This document shows, piece by piece, positions 1 through 13,400 of a stretch of DNA of 64,000 nt. Origin of the DNA: Stylophora pistillata (Eukaryota); NCBI RefSeq assembly GCF_002571385.2, contig NW_019217883.1:373797-437796 (forward strand), in the 5' to 3' direction. Position 1 is the stretch's first letter, and each line of letters begins with the position of its first letter. A model generated the notes under the pieces. That model searched no databases, was not told where the DNA came from, and was given only the letters and a program-made list of their open reading frames with translations. The position numbers were made by a program, and so were the translations under genes.

Positions 1-311
1 CATATGATCAAACCGATTTTCCTGGCTAGCAATGGAATAAATCAAACATGGCCCATGGTGAAAACAATTGCTACGCCCCCAACGGATAGCCTTCTCACAG
101 GAAGAAGACAAAATTGACCCAGTCATAGTGCATAAATATTTGGTAGAACTAACAAGGTATCACTCCCACAAGGAAAAGAAACAATACAGTGACTAATGTA
201 CACAGAGAAATAAATGAGAGCTTTGTTACTGTACAGTCATTTCAGTAAAAAATTTAACTGCTTTTTATATAAAATAAATTGGATTATTTGCATTAAATAT
301 AGAATACAAGT

Positions 312-3300
312 CTACTTCCTAATATGATTGGTGATCCATTCAAGCCCCTGGTACAATCTGTAAAAAAGGAAAAAAAAACATAAGTCATTGATAGCTTATG
401 TTTGTTTAATACACACTTGCCTACACATCCTGTTATAGACAAATTTATGACTCATTCACGACATAAACATCACAAACGACTGAAAAAGAACGACCTAACT
501 TTACCAACAGATCGAAACAGACCAATCACAACTGACTTGTGTCACTTGAGTCTTACAGCCAATAACATCACGGCAAAACCAACCGATCATTTTACATGAA
601 CTGGAATAAGAACATTCTACTGACAAAAGTCATTCACTTGACTCTGATGATGACTTCTGCACAGATTGTCGAAATGTCAGTCGTTACCACCGACAACAGT
701 CCTTCTCAGGACTAAACTCACCCGGGCGATCAGACTACACCTTTGCACAAATTTAGCTCTAAGGATCCTAATTGACTCCTGCATATCATTCTATAGACAA
801 ATTACCAAAAGGCAGATGAGATATTTGTGCTCAATCTTTCTTTACAACAGTAATAGCACAAATTATACCCAGAACTGGACAACTTACTTCAGCTCACACT
901 GACACCAAGTATAATGCAGTACAAACTATACTAAACAATTAGTTACCAGCTTACTCACCCTTCCCCAGTAAGGGCACAACATGCCTAAATAGAGAAAAAA
1001 ATAGATATTACTCGTCAACAGAATTCATCTATGACATTCCTTTCAGCTTAGTACACACTTACTCATCAAAATCTACTGTCATGCATGGGCAAAATGGAGA
1101 TGAAACATTTTTATTTCAATCATTCAGATGCCACAAGTTTGTTTCCAACCTGTCTAGAAAGTAATATTTTCACCTCACAGTGAAATAGGAAGACCTTCCT
1201 TTCTTTGCTTAAACATAATTATATCTACAGGTCAATGAACACCAAATGAATGTGCAACAAAGAAAGTAACCAGGCTGGTCATTGAAAAATGACTGAGCAC
1301 CAGTTTATCAAAAACACTGTGAAATCTGGCAAAACCATGATTAAAATTCTGGTCAACAGTCAATTTTCTATTGCATCAGCAACCAGCTGTTATAAGAGTT
1401 TTAACATGCTTTGTCATCAGATATCTACTGATACTCCTAGAGCAACATACAAAATTTGTTGGTTCTTTAGTTTTCTTTTAGAATTAAAATGTAGAATAGT
1501 GTCAGTGACTATTTACCTGTATATGCCATCCATGGTCCTTAATTGAAGTAAGATTTAATTGTTCTGATATTTCTGCAACACTCATAGATCCCTGAGAGAG
1601 AATAACTCCGAGTTTAGTATTTATGCAGGACCCCATGAGCTGCATAGCTTTTATTACTATCGTGCTAAAATGAAGGTTGTCTGTCTGTCTGAGCCAGAAA
1701 GCAGTTACATTTGTATCCAAAGTAAATAATAGTTAATCATAAAGATCTCTAATCTGTTATGATGTAGTTTTTATTCATACATTCTTATTATTCTAGTTTG
1801 CAGGTGACACAAGTCATGTCATTACAAATATGCCAAAATGTGCTTGGATAGTAACATTTTAAAATAAACTTAAAATCAAGCAGCTGCTTAAACAGAGAAC
1901 AAACCTTTATGTCTTGTTTGTTGGCAAATATAAGAACTCCAGCTTGTCTCAAATCCTACAGCAACAGACAACAAGAGCAAAAGAAATTAAGGTAAAAATG
2001 TGTACTATAAGAACTGGAGAATGTTACAGCTCACAACCAGACAGCTTTGTTTCCCTCAGTTCACTAAAGAAGTCCTACCAAGTCTGAATGAAATGATAAT
2101 AAGCATGGAAAGATAACACTTTTTAATTTATAACCTTGTGATCAGTTCCTGCATTCTGCTTGTAGGAAGGGGATTAACTTCTACATCAGCATCAACATAA
2201 CAAATGATAATAACCATAACATCCAGATCCAGTTGTGGATTGTTTGTCCCCTAAGTAACAGGTGAGCTCAGTGGGGAACTGATCACCCCTCCCCCCCTGT
2301 TTATACTTACCATGCTGAGACAGAAGCAGATTCTGCCCAAAAAAGAATTTGGGAAGGGGGAGGGAAAACAAAGGTTATGGTAAACGCTTGAGAAAAATCA
2401 AGTTCCTTAGAGCAATTCACCTCAAATGGCCCCCATCCCCTCCCCCCCTCCCTGATCTTTCACTGTCAGGTATCAGTCTACTGGCACTAAGGTGAAGACA
2501 AGACTCACAAATGTCACTTGGGCATCTTGAAATAAACTGAAGTAGGTTTATTGACCACCTATTCATAAAAATAAACATTTTTTCAAGACTTCAGCCAGGG
2601 TAAACCTTGGCAAGGGTGATTCAACACCTATGTTCACTTAAAATCACTATCTGAGACTCCATTTATTTTGCTTTTACTAATTTAACAAACGCTGCATTCT
2701 GACTGGCTAATTTTTCCAAATTGACAACTTCCCATTTCATAGAATTCTCACCATGCATTCAGAGTGATGGTGGCTCTTTCACATTCCTGAACAATCTTAC
2801 CTCATGATTTAACATGTTGTACAGTTCTGCTTTTGATACAGCAAGTCTTTCCCTATCAGTGCTATCTACAACTAAAATTAAAAACTGAAAGAGAAACAAC
2901 TTGATTAAGAATAGCTATTTTCTTATCAAAAAGATGATAAAAAATCCCTAATCATTAATCATCACAGGACTTCAAAGAGGTTATGAGAACTTTGCAAATT
3001 ACTATCTGTACTTGTGAAAACTATTTCAGAATCACCAAAGTTAAATAGCCTTGTATACCTCTGTATTCGTGTAATATGTGTTCCATGCTGATCTTAGTGA
3101 TTCTTGGCCTCCTATGTCCCACATCAAAAAATGAATATTTTTCCATACAACCTAAAATTGAAAGAAAAGAACACACAATCATGCACCATTCCCAAGATCT
3201 GAATGTGAATTCTCCTCTCTATCTAATACACAGTACCATGAAAATTAATTACAAGAATTTGATGTTGGATCAAGATATCAATTTCTACTTAACAAGTTTA

Positions 3301-5583
3301 AGTATTCTCATTTCTTGTTTGCTGGATATAATAAGGAGAAGATACCTGTTCATCACCTCTGGGATTAAGGGTTAAAAGGTGCCAAAGATAAATATTTTGA
3401 AATTTACAGTACTTGATAAAAACCTGTGCACAATTCAAAACAAATTGAAAATTTTGTCACACAGCTTGAAAGAACTATCTGGCCACTTATAAGCTTGCCA
3501 AAAGGAAGCAGCTGACTATAAATACATGAGTGTCACAAGATTTTCAATATATTCTACTCCTCAAAATATTTAGTTTTGTAGGCTTACCTCTTCTACATTA
3601 CTGCCTATTGTTGGTGATGTATGAACTACTTCACTCATTAAACTGTAAGACAATTTTGAAAAGGATAAACATTGAGATAGTTCCAAAACATGACTTCAGT
3701 GTAAACAAATTACTACAAGCTAAATTTTGATACTTACAATTGATACAAAATTGTTGTTTTTCCTGCATTATCCAAGCCCACAATAATCACCTTGTGTTCT
3801 GTAAATAAATTTTTTTTTATTGCATCACAATTTATTCTACAATTCAATATAGTCACACCACTCTCCACATTACCATTCCTACTTAATTCTTAGTTCTGTA
3901 AGTCTATTATAATGTATTGTATGATAATAATTAATTATACTTAGTATTGTAATTGTAATTCCCCTTAGTATAATTTGTATGTCCATATGTAATTTAATGC
4001 ATCAATCCACTGCTTGCCTCGAATAGCTGTAGCTAACTGCAAGCAATGGTACATCATATTTTGTACTTTGTCAATTTTTCTTAATAATCAACTCCTAAAC
4101 TCCTGTTACAAAATTTGTATCCCCTGAAACAGAAAGATGACGTTCTTGTTCTCATTCAAGTCAGATTTTATATCTGGCAAAAATGAACCAAGCCCCCAAT
4201 TCAAAAAAAATTTATAGCAACAGTGATTTGCTCCTATGATTGATGGGGCTACTTATTCAGAAGATTAGCCCACCAGGGATCAGCGTTATCAGTCAAAATT
4301 TGTGTTTCTGTGTAGTCGGATCCCTTGATTCGCTATCTCAGTGCTTTATCTTCATGTTTGCATTTTTACGACCGTTGATGACCAGCTTCGAATAAGTCAG
4401 GTTTTATTTGTACGATGTAACCACGGATGTAACGAGCCGTGTCTCACTCTAGTACAAATAAAACCTGACAACGTTGATCCCTGGTGGGCTAATCTTCAGA
4501 ATAAGTAGCCCCTTCAACCATATGAGCGAATCAAACAGTTTTCAGTCTTAACTGTCCACTATTAACTGATTATGTTTCATCAAAGACATTCAAGTTTAAT
4601 TTCTATGATGTGAGAATCTAGTTCAAGTTAAGTATGATCTGAAAGTAGCTGATCATTACTCAATAAGTTGTTAAAAAATTGTGCTCATTTTCAAAATTTA
4701 GATGCAAAAAGTTACATGATAAATTTATTTAGTTTTTGTCAACAGAAAACTGGAATCAAAAGAATGCAAGAATGAGGGTAATATTTTTTCATTACGTCAC
4801 TTCAACAGAATTGACTCACTTTACTAACCACTCCACAATATTTCCTTATTGATTCAAATGTTTATTTAGGCAAATTGTACATTTGGGGAAACCCTACACA
4901 ACAGAAACTATTATATTCACCGGCTAATTGCCATTAGCTTACCACAGATTTGAGTACAACAATATTTATATATACTCAAAGGAATTCCAGGCCTGATGTT
5001 GTTCATGGGTTCCACTCTTCCAAAATATCGCTTTACCCAGTTTTATATTACCGTTTTATGGAGACAACATACCGTATATGTGGAAATGTTTCTTCAAAAA
5101 ATCTAGCTACTTTGTTGTAAGATAGATGCGAGTCCTTGAATATCGCATTGAATAAATCGGTAGTATCCTTTCTCGAAAACAATGAAACGTACTTAGGTTC
5201 ATAAGAATACGTCACTACTTCTTCTTCGCCGGAAAAGAGTACAATAACAACAAAAATCGAATCGTTCCTCGAAGAGTTTCAATTCGCCCTCGCACCCTCG
5301 TCACAAATATTATCACATTCATGCACAACGTACATGCAGACACAGGCTCCTACGGGGTTAATTTGTTTCCAGAAGAAAACGCCATAAAGAACGATCTTCC
5401 TTAATTTAAAGATCAAAGTAAATCCAAAATGGAATAGAACCTGTAGGGTTAAGTAAAAGGCAAAGATACATGTAATAAGATTTTGTCTCTGATATTTCTA
5501 CAGGCAAGGGCACGCTAACCGTACGCTTTACACCTACCTTCATTACTGAACCAACTAAACAATTTGGCGAACAAAAGTCCCAT
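312..5583 (-). CDS. ARL5: ADP-ribosylation factor-like protein 5 (ARL5A/B-type small GTPase), 9 coding exons, 178 aa
   Basis: Exons 5538-5583, 3738-3798, 3588-3642, 3059-3151, 2801-2884, 1905-1955, 1517-1591, 959-984 and 312-357 are all GT-AG and in phase (537 nt). Translation: [36 protein letters not shown]...[21 protein letters not shown]...FANKQD...[27 protein letters not shown]. Has G2 myristoylation site, P-loop, DxxGQ and NKQD. Confidence 0.95.
470..740 (+). mobile_element. Penelope-like retroelement 3'/pLTR remnant containing a minimal type I hammerhead motif
   Basis: 639-682 reads tgact-CTGATGA-tgac...gtc-GAAA-tGTC-agtc, followed by 'caacagtccttctcaggactaaactcacccgggcgatca', which I recall as a typical tail of such elements. 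Boundaries approximate. Confidence 0.65.
4222..4533. mobile_element. Foldback/MITE-like element with long imperfect terminal inverted repeats
   Basis: 'ggggctacttattcagaagattagcccaccagggatca' pairs with 'tgatccctggtgggctaatcttcagaataagtagcccc'. Internal hairpin 'gtcaggttttatttgtac...gtacaaataaaacctgac'. Confidence 0.7.
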
Positions 5584-5744
5584 CTCATGCCCATGAAAGT
5601 AACGTTATTATAAAGGAATCGGGACAAAATCCAGGATTTAGGCAAAAGATCTCTTCAGCCGATGTTTGTACTACCTTGACTTCCGAAATCGACACTTCTC
5701 TGAGTCGGGCCAAATCACGCATGCTCTAAGCCTCGCATGGATGT

Positions 5745-5805
5745 GATGTGACGTAACTGAACGAGTAAGAGAAGTTTCCGGAAGTTCGTAACTCCGGAAG
5801 TGGAA
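5745..5805 (-). promoter_or_regulatory. Probable ARL5 promoter: tandem ETS-type CCGGAAGT sites plus CRE-like TGACGTAA
   Basis: 'ttccggaagttcgtaactccggaagtg' and 'gtgacgtaa' lie about 170-220 bp upstream of the ARL5 ATG in a CpG-richer patch. Confidence 0.5.
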
Positions 5806-6666
5806 ATCGATGTAGCTATTTTTAAATTTTTGATTAGTGTGAACTAAAACTACCAAACACGTTCGTATTTTGAACGAGTTATAGTTCCCGGACGATGTGT
5901 TTAAATAAGGAAATGTATTTAAAGTTGCAGGGACAGTGGGTTAACAAAACAATTTTTTTTTACCTCTGTGCTAAAAATATTTGGAGCATGAGATTCAGTC
6001 GAAAACTATCAGTATTTACATCTGTTCTGGACTAACAAAGCTTTCCGGATTCACAAAATCCCTTCCTCTTTAATATTACGCCACAACTATTTCCCGAAGA
6101 CACTTATTTTAGAAAGCAGAAATCCTGACTCAAAATAGACGACAATGCTCTCGAAACTTTTGTTCCATGATTTCCCAATTCTCAGAAAAGCCGAGGTCTG
6201 CTCATTGGAATGCTTTAAGTGAGAGAGAAGAATTTGGGGAAGCGACTGACCATCTGGCTATCGCATTATTATCACACTGATGTTATGGAAAATTGGAGGC
6301 ATAAAGGATGGAAGATAGGCTACAACTGAACTAACTTTTTTATGACTGGCACCTTTCTTTTGCTTCAAACAAAGGAACATCATTTGATCTGCTTTGGGGT
6401 TTTAAGCATTTGCACCTTAAAAAAAAACGGTTGATTTACAACTTCCCTTTGATGCAGCTTCCTGTCTTATTGACCCAAAAAAGTACACAAGCAACAAACC
6501 AGTTATATCTTCTTTTTATGATATTACGAACAACCAAAAATACAAAGACAGCTAAGAGCCATTAAATATATGATAATCATGAGGTCACAGGGGTAGAGAT
6601 TGACAGCCAGCTGTTTGTAACATTAAATTATGCAGTTAGTCTTGGTTCTTAGATAACAACCAAATA

Positions 6667-7082
6667 CAGTCAAACCTTGATTATCTGGATTTCTTGATTA
6701 TCCGGACTAGCTTTTCTGGTCCCCTTTTTCATGAATATTAATTAGTCACATTTATTATCCATAGGAAAGCTATCATATGCCGAACTGAGTTATAAAATTC
6801 CAGTCAGAACTGGATTTGTTTCGCATCAAAAGACAATTTTGGGCAAGGTTATTGTTATTGCCCGAGTGATCTTAAATGCACCTAACATGCACAGTAGTAA
6901 ATTGTAGTCAGAAATGGCTTGTGATTGTGGTTCATTCTTGCATGATTCTCAATTAAATGTTATGGTTTACAAATGTATTCAGTGTTGACTCATTAATATT
7001 CATCTTTTCAATTATCCGGACTCTCGATTATCCGGACTGTTCGGGCCAGTCCCCAGTGGTCTGGATAATCGAGGTTCGACTG
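6667..7082. mobile_element. Tc1/mariner-pogo-type MITE (TA target duplication)
   Basis: ta|CAGTCAAACCTTGATTATCTGGA ... CTGGATAATCGAGGTTCGACTG|ta, with subterminal GATTATCCGGA repeats. Confidence 0.85.
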
Positions 7083-7401
7083 TACAAGTAATAATCATGA
7101 AAGACTGAAACAAAATGAAAATTGGGACGAATCTCCAAAATATGAAATAACCTGGACATGGTGTAACAAAAAACACCAAAATATGTAAACAAGAAATAAA
7201 TAACACATCTGTTGTTAAAATTAACGTTAATTTGCTTCTATTAATCATTAGAGGCTAGAATCGGTAGTTCATGATTCTACAAACTCCATTTTACCTCTGA
7301 AAATATTGTAAAGCAAATTACAGTGTTACAGAAAAATTTGGAAAAAGACAAAAAAAGAAACTTGCATCATCCAGCATCAAACAAGTTCTCAAAATTTTCC
7401 T

Positions 7402-10400
7402 TCAGCCACGTGCTTTGACTTGCTTCACTTTGAATGGATTTCTTTTCTTCATTTCCTTCTTGTGTTCTCTCTCCTGAAACAAACCAGAAAAGGAAATGTT
7501 CACTCAATGTTATCAAATAAGCCTTAAGTCATCCCTTGGGTAGACTACTTTTCATGTCACACAAGTTCCATGTAAACCAACCTCCAGCCTCCGCTGCCTG
7601 TCTGGGTCATCTTCTTGCATGATTCGTTCTTTCTCAGCTCTTACTTTGTCTTCGCGACGTTGTTGTGCAGCCTTTAATTGTGAACGAAAAATACGGTTAA
7701 CCTTGAAACTACTCAATGATCAAACTTTTAGTCGTGACAGAGCAATCTTTTCATAAAAAGGCCACTACTGCCACAACTAAACCCACTTTTTTGTTGATCC
7801 CAAGATTTCTTATCTCTCTTGTTTGCTTGTTATCACATGAAAGTAAATCAAAAGAACAATCCCACAGAGGTTGAAGTACATTTCAATTGAGCGTCGCAAG
7901 ATCAAACCAATGTGATGAAAATGGCCGATTATAAGAAAAATATTGCTAACAGCCAATGAGAGCTCGACTTTGAATCACGCCAACTGCCAGAAACACAGGA
8001 AAAGAAGAGTGAACAACTCACAAAAGGTATTAGTTCTGCGTATGTGGCCAGGGAGGTTACCAAGGCACTTGCTCTTATCAGTCAGTAGTACTGATCTCAA
8101 CTATTATCAGTTTGTTACATCATGTGGCAGCACTTCTTCTCAACTCAGACATAGGAAGGAAAGTATTCTTCCCAAAGATATTTTGGGTACAGTGGACAAA
8201 CTAGAATATGTGCATGCAACCAAAGGTGGCCCATTCGGCACTGAAGAGAAGCGTTCAAAATCGGATTATTTCCAACATTACCATTAATTTTCACTCACTT
8301 CTTGCCTTTGAGCATGAGACTGTTTCAGTAGACTTTCCTCGAGTTCTCGTCGATTTTTGTCAGCCTTAGCTTTGGCCTGAAGCAAACAAAACACAGTTGG
8401 TTACAAGGGTCAGTAATAGAAAACGTAACAGAGTGTGGTAACAGGTGACAAACTGCTACCCCACCAGCCCATCCATAGTCAAGGATATTGAGGAAAATCA
8501 TATGAAAAAAAACTTAAAAGATCTCAACACTCAAGAAAACAAGCTAGAAGCAAGCAGGAGAAAGCGAACACATTTGACATAACATTACAGAAATGAGATA
8601 AAGCTTAACAAACCTCCTTTCCGAGTTTAAACCGTCTAACCCTGTCAATACAGTGAAGAACAAGTTTCATCATTGGTTCTAGTTTGACCATATCAGATGA
8701 CTTGGTACTGCTCCCTTTGGAAGGCACTGAAAATATATCACAAACAGCACTCAGTTACAAGAAAACAGAGTCCAAAAAGCTGACATCATAATTACTAAGG
8801 ATGGCCAAAAAGACTGAGACCACAAAAGTCTGAGCTATTGACCACTTTCATAGATGGCTGCCGGATTGATATTCTTTTGTTTAAATTTAAATTAGCCCTT
8901 CTGGCCTCATTCTCCAGTTCAAAATTCAAAAGAATGCATTATCTCAAGCAAGGCTAGTGAAGCTAATTTGAATTTAAACAAAAGAATATCAATCCGGCAG
9001 CCATTCATGAAAGTAGCGTATGTATATGTCATTTACAAAATGTCATTGTCAGCAAACTCGTTGGAGTTGTCACCAAACTAATCAGACTAGTCAGTGAACT
9101 CTTCCAACTTGCCAGAGAACTCACTTCAGTTGCTGGCACTCTCAACTAAAAAATATGGCAAGTTCATCTTCGTTGTCAGCAAAGTCAACCAAGTTGTCGA
9201 CAAACTCAGCTAATATATGATACATGATCCTCGCAGTAGATAGCGCTATTTAAGCAATAGCGAAAATCAGACCTGAAAAAAATCAGGCCTGTACGGGAGN
9301 NNNNNNNNNNNNNNNNNNNNNNNNNNNNNNNNNNNNNNNNNNNNNNNNNNNNNNNNNNNNNNNNNNNNNNNNNNNNNNNNNNNNNNNNNNNNNNNNNNNN
9401 NNNNNNNNNNNNNNNNNNNNNNNNNNNNNNNNNNNNNNNNNNNNNNNNNNNNNNNNNNNNNNNNNNNNNNNNNNNNNNNNNNNNNNNNNNNNNNNNNNNN
9501 NNNNNNNNNNNNNNNNNNNNNNNNNNNNNNNNNNNNNNNNNNNNNNNNNNNNNNNNNNNNNNNNNNNNNNNNNNNNNNNNNNNNNNNNNNNNNNNNNNNN
9601 NNNNNNNNNNNNNNNNNNNNNNNNNNNNNNNNNNNNNNNNNNNNNNNNNNNNNNNNNNNNNNNNNNNNNNNNNNNNNNNNNNNNNNNNNNNNNNNNNNNN
9701 NNNNNNNNNNNNNNNNNNNNNNNNNNNNNNNNNNNNNNNNNNNNNNNNNNNNNNNNNNNNNNNNNNNNNNNNNNNNNNNNNNNNNNNNNNNNNNNNNNNN
9801 NNNNNNNNNNNNNNNNNNNNNNNNNNNNNNNNNNNNNNNNNNNNNNNNNNNNNNNNNNNNNNNNNNNNNNNNNNNNNNNNNNNNNNNNNNNNNNNNNNNN
9901 NNNNNNNNNNNNNNNNNNNNNNNNNNNNNNNNNNNNNNNNNNNNNNNNNNNNNNNNNNNNNNNNNNNNNNNNNNNNNNNNNNNNNNNNNNNNNNNNNNNN
10001 NNNNNNNNNNNNNNNNNNNNNNNNNNNNNNNNNNNNNNNNNNNNNNNNNNNNNNNNNNNNNNNNNNNNNNNNNNNNNNNNNNNNNNNNNNNNNNNNNNNN
10101 NNNNNNNNNNNNNNNNNNNNNNNNNNNNNNNNNNNNNNNNNNNNNNNNNNNNNNNNNNNNNNNNNNNNNNNNNNNNNNNNNNNNNNNNNNNNNNNNNNNN
10201 NNNNNNNNNNNNNNNNNNNNNNNNNNNNNNNNNNNNNNNNNNNNNNNNNNNNNNNNNNNNNNNNNNTCCCGTACAGGCCTGATTTTTTTCAGGTCTGATT
10301 TTCGCTATTGCTTAAATAGCGCTATCTACTGCGAGGATCGTGTATCATATGTATCTAATACCGCAGTACAAAATATATGAACTTCATATATTTCATTGTA

Positions 10401-13400
10401 TCTCATTTATCACTTTCACGGGTTTATTACGAATCAACTTAACGGCCTGCTCCCAGTTGGCTTGTTAGCTCAATTGGTAGAGCGCTGCACTAGTATCGCA
10501 GAGGTCAGTGGTTCGAGTCCCGTACAGGCCTGATTTTTTTCAGGTCTGATTTTCGCTATTGCTTAAATAGCGCTATCTACTGCGAGGATCGTGTATCATA
10601 TGTATCTAATACCGCAGTACAAAATATATGAACTTCATATATTTCATTGTATCTCAAACTCAGCTAAGTTGTCTGTGAACTCAATGGAGTTGTTTCACAC
10701 CTGTCTTCACTACAGAAATTTGAGTTTTCAAGTAGCAAGACAGAAATCAATCTCACCTTTGAAATTAAAAAGCAGGACTTTCTTAGGTTTAACAGCTTTT
10801 CCACTGGCTGCCTGGTCACTAAAATGATATAAAATACTATAAAAAAATTTACAGAGAGAACAGAGAGAACTAAATCTGAGAAAACTGCTCTAAAAATATT
10901 AAATTTGTCTTTCATTAAAAAATGATAACTATAAAATAATGATAACACAGTTGACATACTCATCATCAGGCTGCTTGGGACCCACATATTGATCAGAAAA
11001 TATCAGTGAGTCAAGCATTTCTTCACCACTGGAAATAGCTCTTGTGATCTATGACAAGAAACATCAAAAATATTTTAAAGAAAAATGAGTCTACATTTCT
11101 CAGGAGTATGAGACAAATGCAAGGCAGAATGTGAGTCCCCATCAGGAATCACACCTAAAAACTTTAAATTCTGCTGTCTAATCCTGGACTTCTGAGTTAA
11201 AGGGAATTTAGCAGTGAGATAGGTTGTATACTAAATTCACATATGGCATGCATGCTGCCTACATATTGCTAAGATATGCTGAGCTTTATCCATTGTTTAA
11301 AAGAGCTGGATGCAGGACTCTTGGCAAAGACTTTAGGCTACTACCTCTGCCTCATGTAAAAGAAACATCTCAAAATTATAGCAATCCCATATTTTAAGCT
11401 TAGAGTGAAAAAAAAAAGTTATACTTAATTTTTTTGTCATACCTGTGATGATAAAATGGCACTGGCTGCTTCAGCTGACTCAGTTAACACAACAAATGAG
11501 CCAGGTAAATCATATTTAGGTCCAGCACGTTTATCAGGACAGAAGAAGGTCTACATAAAGAAGGCAGTGTTACCAAATATATCACCAGACACTTGTTATG
11601 ACCACAAATTTATCATAGCAAGTGAATCATGCCATTTTTTTTTCTTACCAAATCTTGGAGCTCCTTTTGCATTTTAGCAGCAGTCTTCTTTGGTAGGACA
11701 GCAAGAACAAAGTTGTCCATTTCTTCATCTGTCATATGCACTGTAACTGTCTAAACAAAACACAAAGAACAAATTGAGGACTTGAGCTCTTTGCTGTCAA
11801 AAACATTTAGAAAATGAGCAACACAGATTATAGTGAAAACAAACAAATGAAACGTAACAAGACAAGCTAAAAAGTTACCACAGTATCTCTGGCTGGTTTG
11901 ACTAGATATGACATCACACTGACAAGGTCATGACGCTTCTGTAACTGAAATAGAAAGATAAAGACCAGTGAGTAACTGTGCCATGGTACATACCTCTTCA
12001 GATAACCTTTTTAAATTCAATGTTACGAGCTGCATCTGATTTGATCAACTTGGAAAAAAATGTGGCGACTAAATTTGCCCTGAAATCACCATTTTGCAAT
12101 CTATGTTTAGTGGTCATTTAGCATGTTGTGAAATTTTTCTAACTCAGCATTTATGTTCCAAATTTGCCAGTTTTTTTTATTCCAGCCACAAAATTAAATT
12201 GCCACAACCATTTCAATATTTAAAGTCACAAAATGATGACAATGTAAAATTATGTCATTGAAGCAATGGCAAAGTTACTGGGCTAGGTTTCTGCTTTACC
12301 TTAATTTCAACCAGTAATCCATCACAGCCTACTCTCCCTGTACACCATAATGTGTACAGGCTCTCACTCTCCTTCACCAATATACCTTGTTGAGGTTCCT
12401 CACTGGAACCATCATCCCCTGGTAATCACAAATAAAACAATATTCAAATCAAAGAAACCATACAAAGCAATAATGTTAATAAAAAAAAAATTATAATAAT
12501 TCACAGATGATATGAACATTATCCCTTTACCCCCTAAGAGTGATTGGTATCTTATTTCTCCTTATGGGATGATCTCTGAATCAAGAATTACTGTCATTAG
12601 AACAAAGGAAATGATCATCCATAACAACTCTTGATTGTTAAACAAATTCTCCTTATCAGCACCTTAGGAAAGGTATAAAGAACAGAATATGCATACTGAT
12701 GTTAGGCTGTAAAGGGTTTACAATTCCGTGTCACAGAAGGTCTTTTCATCAGTAGATCACAGAAATCGGTAAAACTGTGCTCAGAACATCAATGAGCCAC
12801 TTTGTTGTTTTTACCGCATTTTGACATCATCTGTGGTCTAGTACTGAACAAACACACAGTGATATAGAATCTATTTGTTTAACTTACCCACTACACTGAA
12901 ATTACTCTCCAAAAGTTCTTTGTTAGATTTTAACCTAGGAATTGAATTTAAGGAAAACAATCTCATGATGCAAGTTGAATGGGGAACTATACATGAAACA
13001 TGAAACAAACACTTAAACCTTTAATTCTCAAGATCTGCTCATTAATTCTCCCCTCTTGCTGCTTAACATTTCCTTCTAAATTAGTTACCGTTTGATCAAG
13101 ATCTAAACTTCTACCTGCGGAGTTTGAATATTCTCATCACCAATTTGCTGGATCATATAGGGATATTGTAGTGAGAAATGATTAATTCTGGGTCTACATC
13201 AATTTTGAGCACAGAAAAAAAAAATAATCAGATTTTGTTTTTGTTCTGAGCTGTTCAGTCATTTCATAAACACACCAACACATTACCATGCAGTTGCTAG
13301 CCTCGAGTTTTTACTGCGTCCAGCAAAGAAATTAAGTGCATACGCTGCAAGCCCAGCCAACGTTAGAATTTCAGCATAAAATCCCTCCCAGTTTGCTCTT

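Larger units (their letters stand above)
9214..10654. mobile_element. tRNA-like-unit element: inverted left arm plus tandem 251-bp direct units, 13-bp target-site duplication, spanning the assembly gap
   Basis: 9216-9298 is the reverse complement of about 10267-10350. The unit repeats at 10267 and 10518. caaactcagctaa occurs at 9201-9213 and 10655-10667. Confidence 0.8.

Noticed and set aside
7943-8287. 114-aa ORF as an independent gene
   Set aside because: Chimera of a dispersed repeat and the decayed DDX23 exon, with a non-ATG start and no valid splice sites.
10459-10531. Bona fide tRNA-Thr gene
   Set aside because: Mismatched T and anticodon stems, and embedded in a dispersed repeat with TSDs; treated as tRNA-like.
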